This document shows positions 28,195 to 37,429 of a stretch of 64,000 bases of DNA, one piece after another (position 1 is the first letter of the stretch; the number at the start of each line of letters is the position of its first letter). Below the pieces are notes generated by a model. It was not told the origin of the DNA and ran no database searches. It saw only the letters and a program-made list of their open reading frames with translations. A program made the position numbers and the translations under genes. The DNA lies in NCBI GenBank assembly GCA_965262875.1, contig CBDHGD010000002.1, positions 42,984 through 106,983 of the forward strand. Direction: 5' to 3'. Source of the DNA: Halioglobus sp. GTDB taxonomy: Bacteria > Pseudomonadota > Gammaproteobacteria > Pseudomonadales > Halieaceae.

Positions 28195-29523
28195 TCAGCC
28201 ATTCATGATTTTGGTCACTTCGGCGTTTGCATTTTCCAATGCCACATCTACGTCACCTGAACTCGTCAATGCATTGACGAGTTCGACCGCAATAGCGTCA
28301 ACGACTTGCGGGAACTTTGGCTCTCCAAAAGGCACGCGTTCTGCTTGTACGCTGGCCAGGCTCTTTGATATCTCGGCTGAGCTGTTGCCAGGATAAAAGC
28401 CAACAAATTCCTCATCTGCCCAGACGGACGCGCGAGCCACTGGTGACCCGGTCGAAACGCCGACAGTCCTCGACACATCTTGAGACGTAGCCCATGCGGT
28501 GAACATCGCCGCCGCCTCCGGGTTGCTGGCATTTTTCGGAATACCATAGAGCCAGAACCAGTAGTTTGGCCCTGGCGCGTTCGCGCCCTGTCCTGGCCAA
28601 GCGAAGACATCGACCTTGTCAGTGATCACACTTTTTTCTTTGTCCAGCGCGACGCCAAGCAGACCGCTTGCATCAGTATACATCGCAGCATTGCCTTCCT
28701 TGAACAAGGTTGAGGCTTCGAGCCACGACATATTCGCGGTCCCTTGCGGACCGCTATTTCTCAGCAACTTGTTGATGTAGATGTCGGCAGCGCCTTTGGC
28801 TGCATCACTGTTGAGGACTGCCTTACCGTCCTTAAAGAAATCGCCACCATTGCTCAGCAGGAATCCTGTCCAAACCCAAATAATGTCGAGACCCCGGCGA
28901 CCGCGCCCAACCATTCCAGCCATCTCGCCATTGTTTAGAGCAGCTGCAGCGTCAATCATCTGGTCAAGCGAGTCCATGCTTCCAATACCCGCTGCATCGA
29001 AAACATCCTTGCGGTACATCACGATTTCACATTCCGTACTTACGGGCAGTGCGTAGAGCGAGCCGTTTAAGGAGCCAGAACCTCGTCCCGACGCAAAAAT
29101 ATCATCGATCTGGTACCAGTTGGGATCAACGATATTCGCATCAGCAAGGTATTCACCCATGGGGGCCAACCAATCTGCCGCCATGTACTGGCCAGCTTGG
29201 AGATTGCCGACCATCAACCCATCATAGTTCCGGGTGCCTGCCGACAATTCGACCGCTGCTTTCTGGAAATAGTTGTCTTCGGTAAACACGTCGAACGTAA
29301 CCTTCATTCCGGTCAGTTCTTCAAACTGAGGAACAAGCGGTTCAAGCGCACTTGTCCACCAATGATTGACCATTAACAAGCGCAATTCCGTGCCCTCATG
29401 GGCTCTCCAGTTCGCTCCTTGTGCCATGGCGCTTGACGCGAAGCCGACGCATCCCAAACCAAGTCCAGCAGCAAACTGTCTGCGGTTGAGGTGTATAAAT
29501 TTCTGTTTGTTGGAATTTATCAT
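28195..29523 (-). CDS. sugar ABC transporter periplasmic substrate-binding protein
   Basis: Signal peptide NRRQFAAGLGLGCVGFASSAMA, family-1 SBP length. Start set at ATG 29523, preceded by AAGGAA. Confidence 0.85.
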   Translation of the reverse strand: MINSNKQKFIHLNRRQFAAGLGLGCVGFASSAMAQGANWRAHEGTELRLLMVNHWWTSALEPLVPQFEELTGMKVTFDVFTEDNYFQKAAVELSAGTRNYDGLMVGNLQAGQYMAADWLAPMGEYLADANIVDPNWYQIDDIFASGRGSGSLNGSLYALPVSTECEIVMYRKDVFDAAGIGSMDSLDQMIDAAAALNNGEMAGMVGRGRRGLDIIWVWTGFLLSNGGDFFKDGKAVLNSDAAKGAADIYINKLLRNSGPQGTANMSWLEASTLFKEGNAAMYTDASGLLGVALDKEKSVITDKVDVFAWPGQGANAPGPNYWFWLYGIPKNASNPEAAAMFTAWATSQDVSRTVGVSTGSPVARASVWADEEFVGFYPGNSSAEISKSLASVQAERVPFGEPKFPQVVDAIAVELVNALTSSGDVDVALENANAEVTKIMNG

Positions 29524-29559
29524 GATGTTCCTTATCACTCACGTAAACGCCGAACCAGT

Positions 29560-29582
29560 AGACCCGATTCACAATAGAGTCT
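29560..29582 (-). promoter_or_regulatory. conserved motif, site 2 (AGACTCTATTGTGAATCGGGTCT on the gene strand)
   Basis: Ends 37 nt before the SBP ATG. An AT-rich TTTATTTTATAG lies just upstream on the gene strand. Confidence 0.5.
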
Positions 29583-29722
29583 ATAAAATAAATGCACCTC
29601 TGTCGAGACTTTTATCAGACAATTGTCGATAACATGGGATATGACCGCTTTATGGTAACTGCCCAGGTACCCTAAGGAATAATTCTCTTGCCTGAGGAAT
29701 CCCGATGTGATTCATTAAGATT

Positions 29723-30014
29723 ATGATTTTTTCAAACGCACCCAAAGGTTATGTTTCCGTTGAGGCTTATGAAGAGCTGAAGCAGAAGAATGCACAAACG
29801 ATAGCCCTGCTTGTGGCTCGCATTGAAGACCTTGAGCGTCGCCTCAGCTTGAACAGCAGCAACAGTAGCAAGCCGCCTTCAAGCGACGGCCTAAAGAAGC
29901 CCAAGGCTGAACCCAGAACCAAAAGTCTGCGGAGAAAATCCGGTAAAAAGTCAGGCGGGCAGAAAGGCCACAAGGGAAGCACCCTGTGCCAAACGGCAGA
30001 TCCCGATCATGTTG
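29723..30014 (+). pseudogene. IS66-family transposase, N-terminal 97 codons
   Basis: ...LNSSNSSKPPSSDGLKKP...GGQKGHKGSTL is typical of the IS66 TnpC N-terminus. The frame then runs into the inverted copy. Confidence 0.75.
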
Positions 30015-30467
30015 TTCCCCACAGTGGCCGCAAAGGCAGACATGTGCCCTGTGTTCCGTTGTCACCAGGGGTTGTGGCTCGGGCAGGTCAAACACCTGTC
30101 GTGCGGCGTAATCCTCTGCCATTGATGGCGACAGCGGTGTGCCACATTGCCCGCAGACAGAAGGAAAGTGATCTTCAACATGATCGGGATCTGCCGTTTG
30201 GCACAGGGTGCTTCCCTTGTGGCCTTTCTGCCCGCCTGACTTTTTACCGGATTTTCTCCGCAGACTTTTGGTTCTGGGTTCAGCCTTGGGCTTCTTTAGG
30301 CCGTCGCTTGAAGGCGGCTTGCTACTGTTGCTGCTGTTCAAGCTGAGGCGACGCTCAAGGTCTTCAATGCGAGCCACAAGCAGGGCTATCGTTTGTGCAT
30401 TCTTCTGCTTCAGCTCTTCATAAGCCTCAACGGAAACATAACCTTTGGGTGCGTTTGAAAAAATCAT
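30015..30467 (-). pseudogene. IS66-family transposase, N-terminal ~151 codons
   Basis: Same N-terminus, continuing through ...CGQCGTPL...RQVFDLPEPQPLVTTEHRAHVCLCGHCGE (zinc-finger region) up to the junction at 30015. Confidence 0.75.
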
Positions 30468-30535
30468 AATCTTAATGAATCACATCGGGATTCCTCAGGC
30501 AAGAGAATTATTCCTTAGGGTACCTGGGCAGTTAC

Positions 30536-30955
30536 TCCCGAAACAGATAAATTGCCAACGTAGGGAATATAAATTTGTCCCGCATCATTCACAACAACAG
30601 GAAGTTGCGAACTTCTACTGCCAGCAGTAGTAAACAATCCCTCTAACGAACTTTCCCAGATTCGTATTGTCAGACGATCCCCCACCCCTATACGTGTGCC
30701 ACCGGGATCACGTGAGCCACCAAGCGTTGAACCCATATTATAAGATAACGGGGCTCCCACCGCACGAACCACTGCTGGGGTCAGTGCTATCACCGAGAAA
30801 TTTCTGGTGGCGATATCTTCTGCCGTTGTATCCTCATTCAGGGTGATATCTACAGAATTTGGTCCTTGTCCAGGCAGGGATGCACAACCAGCAAGAAGAA
30901 CTAGAGCTGACACAATAGCGATAGAGCAACGGCCCAATTGCAATGGAATGCGCAA
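30536..30955 (-). pseudogene. polysaccharide export lipoprotein (Wza-like), 3'-truncated by the IS66 fragment
   Basis: Lipobox LLAGC, then IGVGDRLTIRIWE and VVNDAGQIYIPYVGNLSVSG (Poly_export motifs). The frame enters the IS end at 30535. Confidence 0.65.
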
Positions 30956-30960
30956 AAGTA

Positions 30961-32559
30961 TCAGAACTCCATATCCAGACTAACCCCGAGGCCCCAGGCC
31001 AGACGCGCGTCCAGGTAGAGGTTGTCTGTCAAGCGGGCGGTGACATAGGGTCCCGCCATCCAGCCTTTGCCTTCGGTGTTCTCCTTGGCCGCGCTGGAGG
31101 TCAGGCTGTCGTATTGCAGCAGGCCACCCACCAGCAGATCGGGCGAGACCAGATAGTCCGCGCCCAGATAGGCAATGGCAAAATCACCGTTGGAGCCGGC
31201 ACTGCCGTTGAACTTGTTGAGGCTGCCTTCAAACCAGACATCAAAGCGGCGGCTCTCGTGATACGCCGTCCCGCCTTTTGTCACTTGCAGATGATCGGCG
31301 GCGCGGGTGACCTGGTCCAGGCTGGTGGCAAATTTGTAAGTCCCCGAACCAAGGCTGAGGAAGTTAAACTCGAACGGTTTGAGTTTGGTAATCTCGCCGG
31401 TGGCAAAGCTCAGCTGTTCCGAGCCAACACCGCGTTGCAGCCGGTTGATGCGGCGCGACAGTTTCGGCTGGTTGGCCAGAATGAGGTTGGTCCGCGTGTG
31501 CATAAACCGGTTGATGCTCTCGACTGTTTTTTGAACAGAGACATCGGATGTCACGGTGATGGTCACGGTGTCGGTGGCTGTTTGCCCCCGTGCATCGGTG
31601 ACGGTCAGTTTAAACACCAGCGCGCCGTTATCAGTCTGCCGGGTCGGTGCGGTGAAGGTCGGGCTGGCGGCGGTCGCATCGCTCAGGGTGACAGTCGTGC
31701 CGTCAGTTTGCGTCCATGCGTAGGTCAGGGTGTCGTCTGCATCAATATCGGTGCCGCTGCCATCCAAGATCACAGTATCGCCCTCGTTCACGGTTTGATC
31801 AGTGCCGGCATTGGCGGTTGGCGCGTCATTCACATTGGTGACGGTGATATCGAAGGCTGGCAGGGAAGCGCTGAGGGTGCCGTCGGAGACCGCGATCACA
31901 ATCCCCGATGTGGTGCCGACATCATCATTGTCCGGTGTTCCGGTCAAGGCACCTGTTGTGGTGCTGAATGTGGCCCAGCTTGGCTGTTTCACAATCGTAT
32001 AGGTTAGGGTGTCGCCCGCGTCCGCATCGTTTCCGGTCGGGGTGAAACTGTAGGCTGCGTCCTGCGCCACGCTGGTTGCGGGCGTGCCGGAGATGGTTGG
32101 CGCGTCATTCACATTGGGGATGACCCCCACAGTGGGAACAACAAGATCTGGAAGGGGTACCGGGTTCCCCGATTGGTTCATGACGGCAAGGCTTATTTGC
32201 AGGTCGGGGCTACCATCTCTATGGCCTTCCGGCACAGTGATGGTAAGTTCCGACGTATTACTACCACTGTCGGTGATCCGTCCACCACCAGTCGGGCGTG
32301 ATCCAATCGTCCATTTGTAGGTGTAGGGCCCATCGAGGACGGGGAGAACCTCAACGGCGAGTGTCAGGCTCTGGCCCGCTTGGATCATCGGAGATCCATC
32401 TAGCGTGAAGGAAGCGGTGCGCGGCTGGTTGGATATCTCGGCACTGGCGGTGACTGCCGAGAGCGTCAGGGAAAGCAGGAGGGCGGTGCAGAGTAACACA
32501 GGAGCCATCCCCAATCCCCGTGCAGAAGAACCCGCGATGAGCCGTAAAAAACCGCTCAA
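30961..32559 (-). CDS. autotransporter-type adhesin with cadherin-like/PKD-like repeats
   Basis: Signal peptide; repeated NVNDAPT...DADAGDTLTY modules; C-terminal beta-rich segment ending ...SLDMEF. Confidence 0.7.
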   Translation of the reverse strand: MSGFLRLIAGSSARGLGMAPVLLCTALLLSLTLSAVTASAEISNQPRTASFTLDGSPMIQAGQSLTLAVEVLPVLDGPYTYKWTIGSRPTGGGRITDSGSNTSELTITVPEGHRDGSPDLQISLAVMNQSGNPVPLPDLVVPTVGVIPNVNDAPTISGTPATSVAQDAAYSFTPTGNDADAGDTLTYTIVKQPSWATFSTTTGALTGTPDNDDVGTTSGIVIAVSDGTLSASLPAFDITVTNVNDAPTANAGTDQTVNEGDTVILDGSGTDIDADDTLTYAWTQTDGTTVTLSDATAASPTFTAPTRQTDNGALVFKLTVTDARGQTATDTVTITVTSDVSVQKTVESINRFMHTRTNLILANQPKLSRRINRLQRGVGSEQLSFATGEITKLKPFEFNFLSLGSGTYKFATSLDQVTRAADHLQVTKGGTAYHESRRFDVWFEGSLNKFNGSAGSNGDFAIAYLGADYLVSPDLLVGGLLQYDSLTSSAAKENTEGKGWMAGPYVTARLTDNLYLDARLAWGLGVSLDMEF

Positions 32560-32752
32560 AGGTCTTGACTTATGTCTAGAATTGTGGGGGGGGGGTATTT
32601 CTATACATATCCAAAGCTTCCTTTTTGCGTCTTTCCCTAAGCTTTAGGTCAAAAATATCCGTTAGGCAACAAGCTAGGGTAATCAATTGAATGGTTTTTG
32701 GCTTGAAAATTGGAAGAAAACGTAACTGCCGGAGGCTTCCGCGTTGAATTCA

Positions 32753-33133
32753 CATCTTGCCTCTCCGCTGCACCGGGCATTGCGCCATCACAGTGCCGGG
32801 ATATTCGAAGCCGAGCGTATATTCGGGCGCGCGATTGTAAACCATGACGGGCGCTCTGTGCCGGTGCGCTTCATCGCCGAGCAGCATGTACGCGAGGATT
32901 GCCGGCGGATCCCGTCCGTGGCCGACTGGCTGCGGCATATTCCGGTGGAGCCCTGGATGGTCAACGGGGTGATCCTGCCGGATACAGAACCGGTGGGTGC
33001 TGATCCGGACGCCGACTGGCGCGCAGCTGTGGCAGCGGGCCAGACCACATTGGGCTTGCGGGACTGGCTTTGCCAGACTGCCCTGCGTCTTAATGAGGCG
33101 ATGGATCGGGAGGATAGGCTTCCAGCCGCCTGA
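32753..33133 (+). pseudogene. 5'-truncated duplicate of the 6926-7408 gene
   Basis: Encodes the last 126 residues identically; there is no upstream coding continuation. Confidence 0.8.
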
Positions 33134-33149
33134 CCAATCGAAAGAGCGG
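32753..33149. repeat. ~397-bp direct repeat, copy 2
   Basis: See 7028-7424. Confidence 0.9.
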
Positions 33150-33168
33150 GATCAACCCGCTCTTTTTC
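33143..33168. terminator. bidirectional hairpin terminator between convergent genes
   Basis: AGAGCGGG-ATCAA-CCCGCTCT followed by TTTTT. Confidence 0.6.
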
Positions 33169-33609
33169 CTAATCCTTTTTTGGCGGATCATCACGATTAA
33201 CAGACTTCGTTTGCCGTCTTTGCATTTGCGCCCGAACGTCCTCAACAATCTGTTTGGTAAAATTCGGGGGTAAAACACCATAGGCAATCTTATTCGGCTC
33301 ACGACGGTTTACAGGTCGCAAATCGCTTCCCGGCCAGATGAAGTAATTCACATCATTGGTAACCACCCATGAGCGCTCATGATCAAGGCCGAGGCTCTTT
33401 TTGATCTGCGGCGGTATCTCTATGGCACGGGTGCCTTCAACGGGTTGATGATGCGTTATAGGGGCGACAATCACGCGATTGTTTTTGGTCGCCAGAACAA
33501 TCGCGCAAGGTCTATCCTTACGCCCTTCCTCGGCACCTGTCCGGGCTTCTCTGTGCCACAAATAGGCGTAGTTAATTACCAACCCGCGCTTGGGAGTAGG
33601 AATATCCAC
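33169..33609 (-). CDS. putative toxin partner of the Phd/YefM antitoxin (PemK/MazF-like fold suspected)
   Basis: Start overlaps the antitoxin stop. GLVINYAYLW...GRKDRPCAIVLA resembles the G-x-hydrophobic...RP-x-hydrophobic-V pattern. The assignment is weak. Confidence 0.4.
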   Translation of the reverse strand: MDIPTPKRGLVINYAYLWHREARTGAEEGRKDRPCAIVLATKNNRVIVAPITHHQPVEGTRAIEIPPQIKKSLGLDHERSWVVTNDVNYFIWPGSDLRPVNRREPNKIAYGVLPPNFTKQIVEDVRAQMQRRQTKSVNRDDPPKKD

Positions 33610-33875
33610 TAGCGTTCAAGGACAGGGTGTTTTGTTGCTGTGATACCGCTCATTTCTCTGGCGGCATCATCAAGAGCCTGTTTCAAATCATCCGGCAAAT
33701 CTGCCGGGTGACAAGATACCCTGTCATCTATAGATTTGTACCGCTCATAATCCTCTGCGGAAATCAGAACAACGCTTTCGCGTCCATAGCTTGTTACCAT
33801 CACCGCTCCGCGTTGTGCTTGGGATTGGTAGCGGCCAAAATTCTTCTGCAATTCCGAGGCTGTTACTGTTGTCAT
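33609..33875 (-). CDS. Phd/YefM-family antitoxin
   Basis: TVTASELQKNFGRYQSQAQRGAVMVTSYGRESVVLISAEDYERY. Confidence 0.75.
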   Translation of the reverse strand: MTTVTASELQKNFGRYQSQAQRGAVMVTSYGRESVVLISAEDYERYKSIDDRVSCHPADLPDDLKQALDDAAREMSGITATKHPVLER

Positions 33876-34080
33876 AAAACCAGCTCCTTTTTCCGTATAT
33901 TACACAACTTACGGAAAAAAGCAAACGGTGTTGACTGTTATGTTGTGGCATGCGGGTTCCGACCCAGTCCCAAAATTTCGCGCCACCCAGCCTCAAAAAG
34001 TCAAAGAAAGCTTTGTTTCCAGGTGATCCCGTTCCCGAAGGGGGAAGGGGGTTTTAACCATCTATCACAAGGAAACACCT

Positions 34081-34461
34081 ATGAAACTTCTGACCAAAAC
34101 CCACCGTATGCAACTGCTCGCCAACGGGCGCACTATGGCGCAGGCGGATATTTCCGGAACCGTAAAACCGGTTGTTAAACTGTTCATGCCGGATGGCGGG
34201 GCCACGTGGCTGCTGGCCTGGTTGGAACCGGAGGATCCTGATATCGCTTTTGGACTCTGCGATTTGGGCCTAGGTTGCGCTGAACTCGGCACCGTCACCT
34301 TAAGCGAGATTGCCAACTTGCGTGGGGTCTTGGGTCTGCCGCTTCTCGGGCATGTAATACCCTTCCAGCCAATGGTCGAGCGTGATCGCTTTTTCAAGGC
34401 GGATCGCAGCCTGTCTGATTATGCCAAAGTGGCCCGTGACGCAGGCTATATTGCCGCCTGA
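34081..34461 (+). CDS. DUF2958-domain protein carrying an 11-codon palindromic-unit insertion
   Basis: PVVKLFMPDGGATWLL...AFGLCDLGLGCAELGTVTLSEI...GLP[LLGHVIPFQPM]VERDRFF. Confidence 0.75.
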   Translation: MKLLTKTHRMQLLANGRTMAQADISGTVKPVVKLFMPDGGATWLLAWLEPEDPDIAFGLCDLGLGCAELGTVTLSEIANLRGVLGLPLLGHVIPFQPMVERDRFFKADRSLSDYAKVARDAGYIAA

Positions 34462-34672
34462 CACAGACCACTAACACAGACACGGAGACATGGGCGCGGG
34501 GCTGGCATCAGCGGTCCCGCGTTCATCCACGCCAGATTGCAACCATCAGTCTTTTCCGGCCCCGTCATCGCTTCCCGACAACTGTCGCGCCCGGCTCCCT
34601 AAAGAAAAGAGCGGGGCTTTTGGTTTTTGTGATTCCAATGGGGGATCGAGAAACACAAAATGGAGAAACACG

Positions 34673-36079
34673 ATGACCACCCAAAATATGAACACCCTGC
34701 TGAGCGATTGCCGGATTGCCCTGAACAAGCTGACCCTGCATCCGCGCAACGTGCGGGCCGGCAGTATTACGGCCTATGCGGCGGCGGCGATCACACCGCT
34801 GGCGGCCAATATCGCCCTGCGCGGCTTGCTGCAACCGCTCGTGGTGCAAAAGCTTGAGGATGGCACTTACGGCGTTGTTGGCGGTGGCCGCCGTCTGGCC
34901 GCGCTCAAGACACTGGCGGAAGATAAAGCCGCCAAAGGCTTCGGGAAATCCATGAAAGTGGCCTGTCGGGAGATGTCCGGCGACGAGGTTGCGCTGTCCA
35001 CCGTGAGCTATTCGGAGAATGCGTTGCAACTGCCGATGGATGCGCTGGATCGCTATGAGGCGTTTGCCGCGATGCGCGATCAGGATGGTGCAAGCATTGA
35101 TCTGATCGCGCGCAGTTTTGCGATTACAGAACGGCAGGTGAGGGAAGCCCTGCGTCTGGGCAATATCCACGTCGATATCCGCGATGCGCACCGATCCGGT
35201 CAAATCAACCTTGAAGCCTTGCGGGCGTTCGATGCGCACCCGGATCCAGAGGTGCAGCTGGAAACCTTCACCGGTCTCGCACAGGAACACGGGGCTGTCA
35301 CATCCTGGCAGGTGCGCCAAGCGTTTCAAAACCGCTGGGTGCGGGTTGGCGATGCGGTTGGCGCGTTTGTGCGCGAAGCTTATATCGCCGCAGGGGGCGA
35401 GGTTCTGGCCGATCTGATCGAGGAGGACAGTATTCTGGCCGACAACAGCCTGATCACCAAACTGCTGGCCGAAGACCTTCAGGCGCGCGCGGAGGCAGAA
35501 CGGGCGCGGCTTGGCTTTGCCTGGGCGGAATATCGCACAGAAGCCCGCCGGGACAGTTTCAGCGATTACGGGCGGCTCTATCCTGAGGCGCTTGATCTCG
35601 ATGACGCCACGCAAGCCAGGGTGGATCAATTGACCGAAGAGTTGGATGCGATCAGTGCAGACTATGAAGCGTCCCCGGATGCCGAGGCCGAAGCCGCACT
35701 TGAGGCCCGTCACGCGGTGCTTGAGGCGGAGATCGATGCGTTGACGCAAGGCTACAGCGCAGGCGATCTGGGGCTTGGCGGTGTTATCGCGGTCTGGGAC
35801 CGGTGCGAGGTGAAGTTTTTTGGCGGCATGGTACGGCCGGAACAAATGCCGGATCGCAATACGGACGATCAGGTCGGGTCCGGGGACGGCACCACGGCCA
35901 ATACCGCACCGGACACAGCTGTCGGGCCAAAGCTGTCTGCCAAGCTAGCGGGCGATATGGCACATATCCGTACAAGGGCTGTGGGGCTGGCCCTGGCGTA
36001 ATCGCCCGAAGTGGCGGGCGATTACGCCTGCTATACGCTGATCCGTCAGGTTCTGGGGGATTGGAACTATAGCAATGCG
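34673..36079 (+). pseudogene. ParB/Srx-like N-terminal domain protein, 5' part (nonsense codon, then transposon interruption)
   Basis: LHPRNVR...GGGRRLAALKTL ParB box. An in-frame TAA at 35999-36001 is followed by 26 more open codons up to the insertion point. Confidence 0.7.
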
Positions 36080-36150
36080 CCCCTATGTAGCAAACGCACC
36101 AAAGGAGGCTAATAAATGACTCCACAATATGGGCAATCTGTGATCTTTTC

Positions 36151-37032
36151 ATGTTCATGTTCAATTTTTACAAGGCTTGTTTTTCTAAAGCGTTTTCTGG
36201 AAAATTCTGGATGGTTGAAAAGTGGACGGGTGGTTTATCTATACTTGCTCTCGTTTTTACACGGCTATTGCCAACGCCAGAGTGGATGGCGACAATGTTA
36301 GAAACAGACGGCCCACTATATTTTTTCTTGGTAATATTCGTCCTTACGGTTTTCTTGGGCTTAGTTGCCGCGCCTTATGCACTTTACAAAGAGCAGTTAG
36401 ACGCGCGTATTGAGAGCGAAGCGAAAAGAAAACCGACCCTTAATGTTTTTCTAAAAAATTCTACTTCTTCAGACGTTTTGCGTGGTGCTACTTCTCAAGC
36501 ACTTTCTGGGAGTAGACAAACTGTAATTACTAATTCAATTCCGAGTGTTTTAAGTGTTACCTGTAAAAATACAGGCGAAACCAAAGCATTAAACTGTGTC
36601 GCCAGAATAGTATCTGCAAAGCAAGTAGACGCAGAGCCAGACAGAGTTTTAGACATAACAGAATCTATAATCCTACCTTGGGATCAGTGTGATCCAGAAA
36701 AAAGCTTAACCAAAGATATGCCCCCAAGTGATATATCCAGAATTTGGATTGCCAGTATCAATGCCAGCGGCCACTTGTGGATTTTTAGGGAAACTGGGAA
36801 ACTTCCAGTGGAATACCAAAGGTTTTTCGGATCTGCTGGAAAATACGAAGTTATTATACAGATTGACTCAGACAACTGCCCACCAATCCAGACAATGATC
36901 CGCATGATTTCACGTGAATATGAAGGCACTGGGAGTGGTGTACATAAGGGCGAAGGGGAGATTTCTATTTTATCACAAGGCTCTCCACGCCTACCGCCCC
37001 CGGACTCAACCACTACCGACTGGCGTCGGTAG
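36151..37032 (+). CDS. hypothetical membrane protein (2 N-terminal TM helices + beta-rich domain); last 6 codons come from IS200
   Basis: LSILALVFTRLL and LYFFLVIFVLTVFLGLVAAPYAL hydrophobic helices; no motif recognised. The frame runs into the IS200 end at 37014. Confidence 0.45.
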   Translation: MFMFNFYKACFSKAFSGKFWMVEKWTGGLSILALVFTRLLPTPEWMATMLETDGPLYFFLVIFVLTVFLGLVAAPYALYKEQLDARIESEAKRKPTLNVFLKNSTSSDVLRGATSQALSGSRQTVITNSIPSVLSVTCKNTGETKALNCVARIVSAKQVDAEPDRVLDITESIILPWDQCDPEKSLTKDMPPSDISRIWIASINASGHLWIFRETGKLPVEYQRFFGSAGKYEVIIQIDSDNCPPIQTMIRMISREYEGTGSGVHKGEGEISILSQGSPRLPPPDSTTTDWRR

Positions 37033-37429
37033 GATGAGGGATGTGATTTTCCAGGTACTGAAGTACGAAGTCTTCTGTGATCACACCGTTGGTGGTTGAA
37101 AAATACCCACGCCCCCAAAAGTGACAGCCCCAGTAGCGTTTCTTCAGGTGTGTAAACTCGCGTTGGACTTTGTGGGATGAGCGTCCTTTCATAAGTCGCA
37201 CCAAGTCACTGATCGCCAGTTTTGGCGGAACGGACACAAACATATGAACGTGGTCGCTGGAAAGGACGCCTGTGATTATATCGACGCCTTTCTCGCTGCA
37301 AACTTGTTTGATGATGTCACGCACCCGCAATTGAACCGCCCCACGCAGAACCTTGTAGCGATATTTTGTTGTCCAAACGATGTGATAGCGATGGTAGAAA
37401 ACGCAGTGTTTCCCAGTGTCATATTGCAT
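37013..37429 (-). CDS. tnpA: IS200/IS605 Y1 transposase TnpA
   Basis: 138 aa, identical to 3087-3503. Confidence 0.9.
   Translation of the reverse strand: MQYDTGKHCVFYHRYHIVWTTKYRYKVLRGAVQLRVRDIIKQVCSEKGVDIITGVLSSDHVHMFVSVPPKLAISDLVRLMKGRSSHKVQREFTHLKKRYWGCHFWGRGYFSTTNGVITEDFVLQYLENHIPHPTDASR

Larger units (their letters stand above)
29655..30535. mobile_element. two 5' fragments of an IS66-family element joined head to head (360-bp perfect inverted arms, 161-bp spacer)
   Basis: Arms 29655-30014 and 30176-30535 are exact reverse complements. Both outer ends start GTAACTGCCCAGG (IS66-type GTAA terminus). Both encode the same transposase N-terminus. Confidence 0.8.

Noticed and set aside
30943-32007. 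A 354-aa plus-strand ORF opposite the autotransporter gene
   Set aside because: It is a shadow ORF. The minus frame has a signal peptide, repeated VNDAP/TLTY modules and a beta-domain ending in F.
32722-32752. GTAACTGCCGGAGG at the right cargo boundary as a third IS66 terminus
   Set aside because: Only 9 nt match the IS66-type end at 29655. That is not enough to call, although the position exactly at the repeat boundary is suggestive.
34565-35845. A 426-aa minus-strand ORF opposite the ParB-like gene
   Set aside because: It is a shadow ORF. The plus frame has the ParB box and a coherent domain order, while the minus frame is low-complexity and Arg/Gly/Pro-rich.
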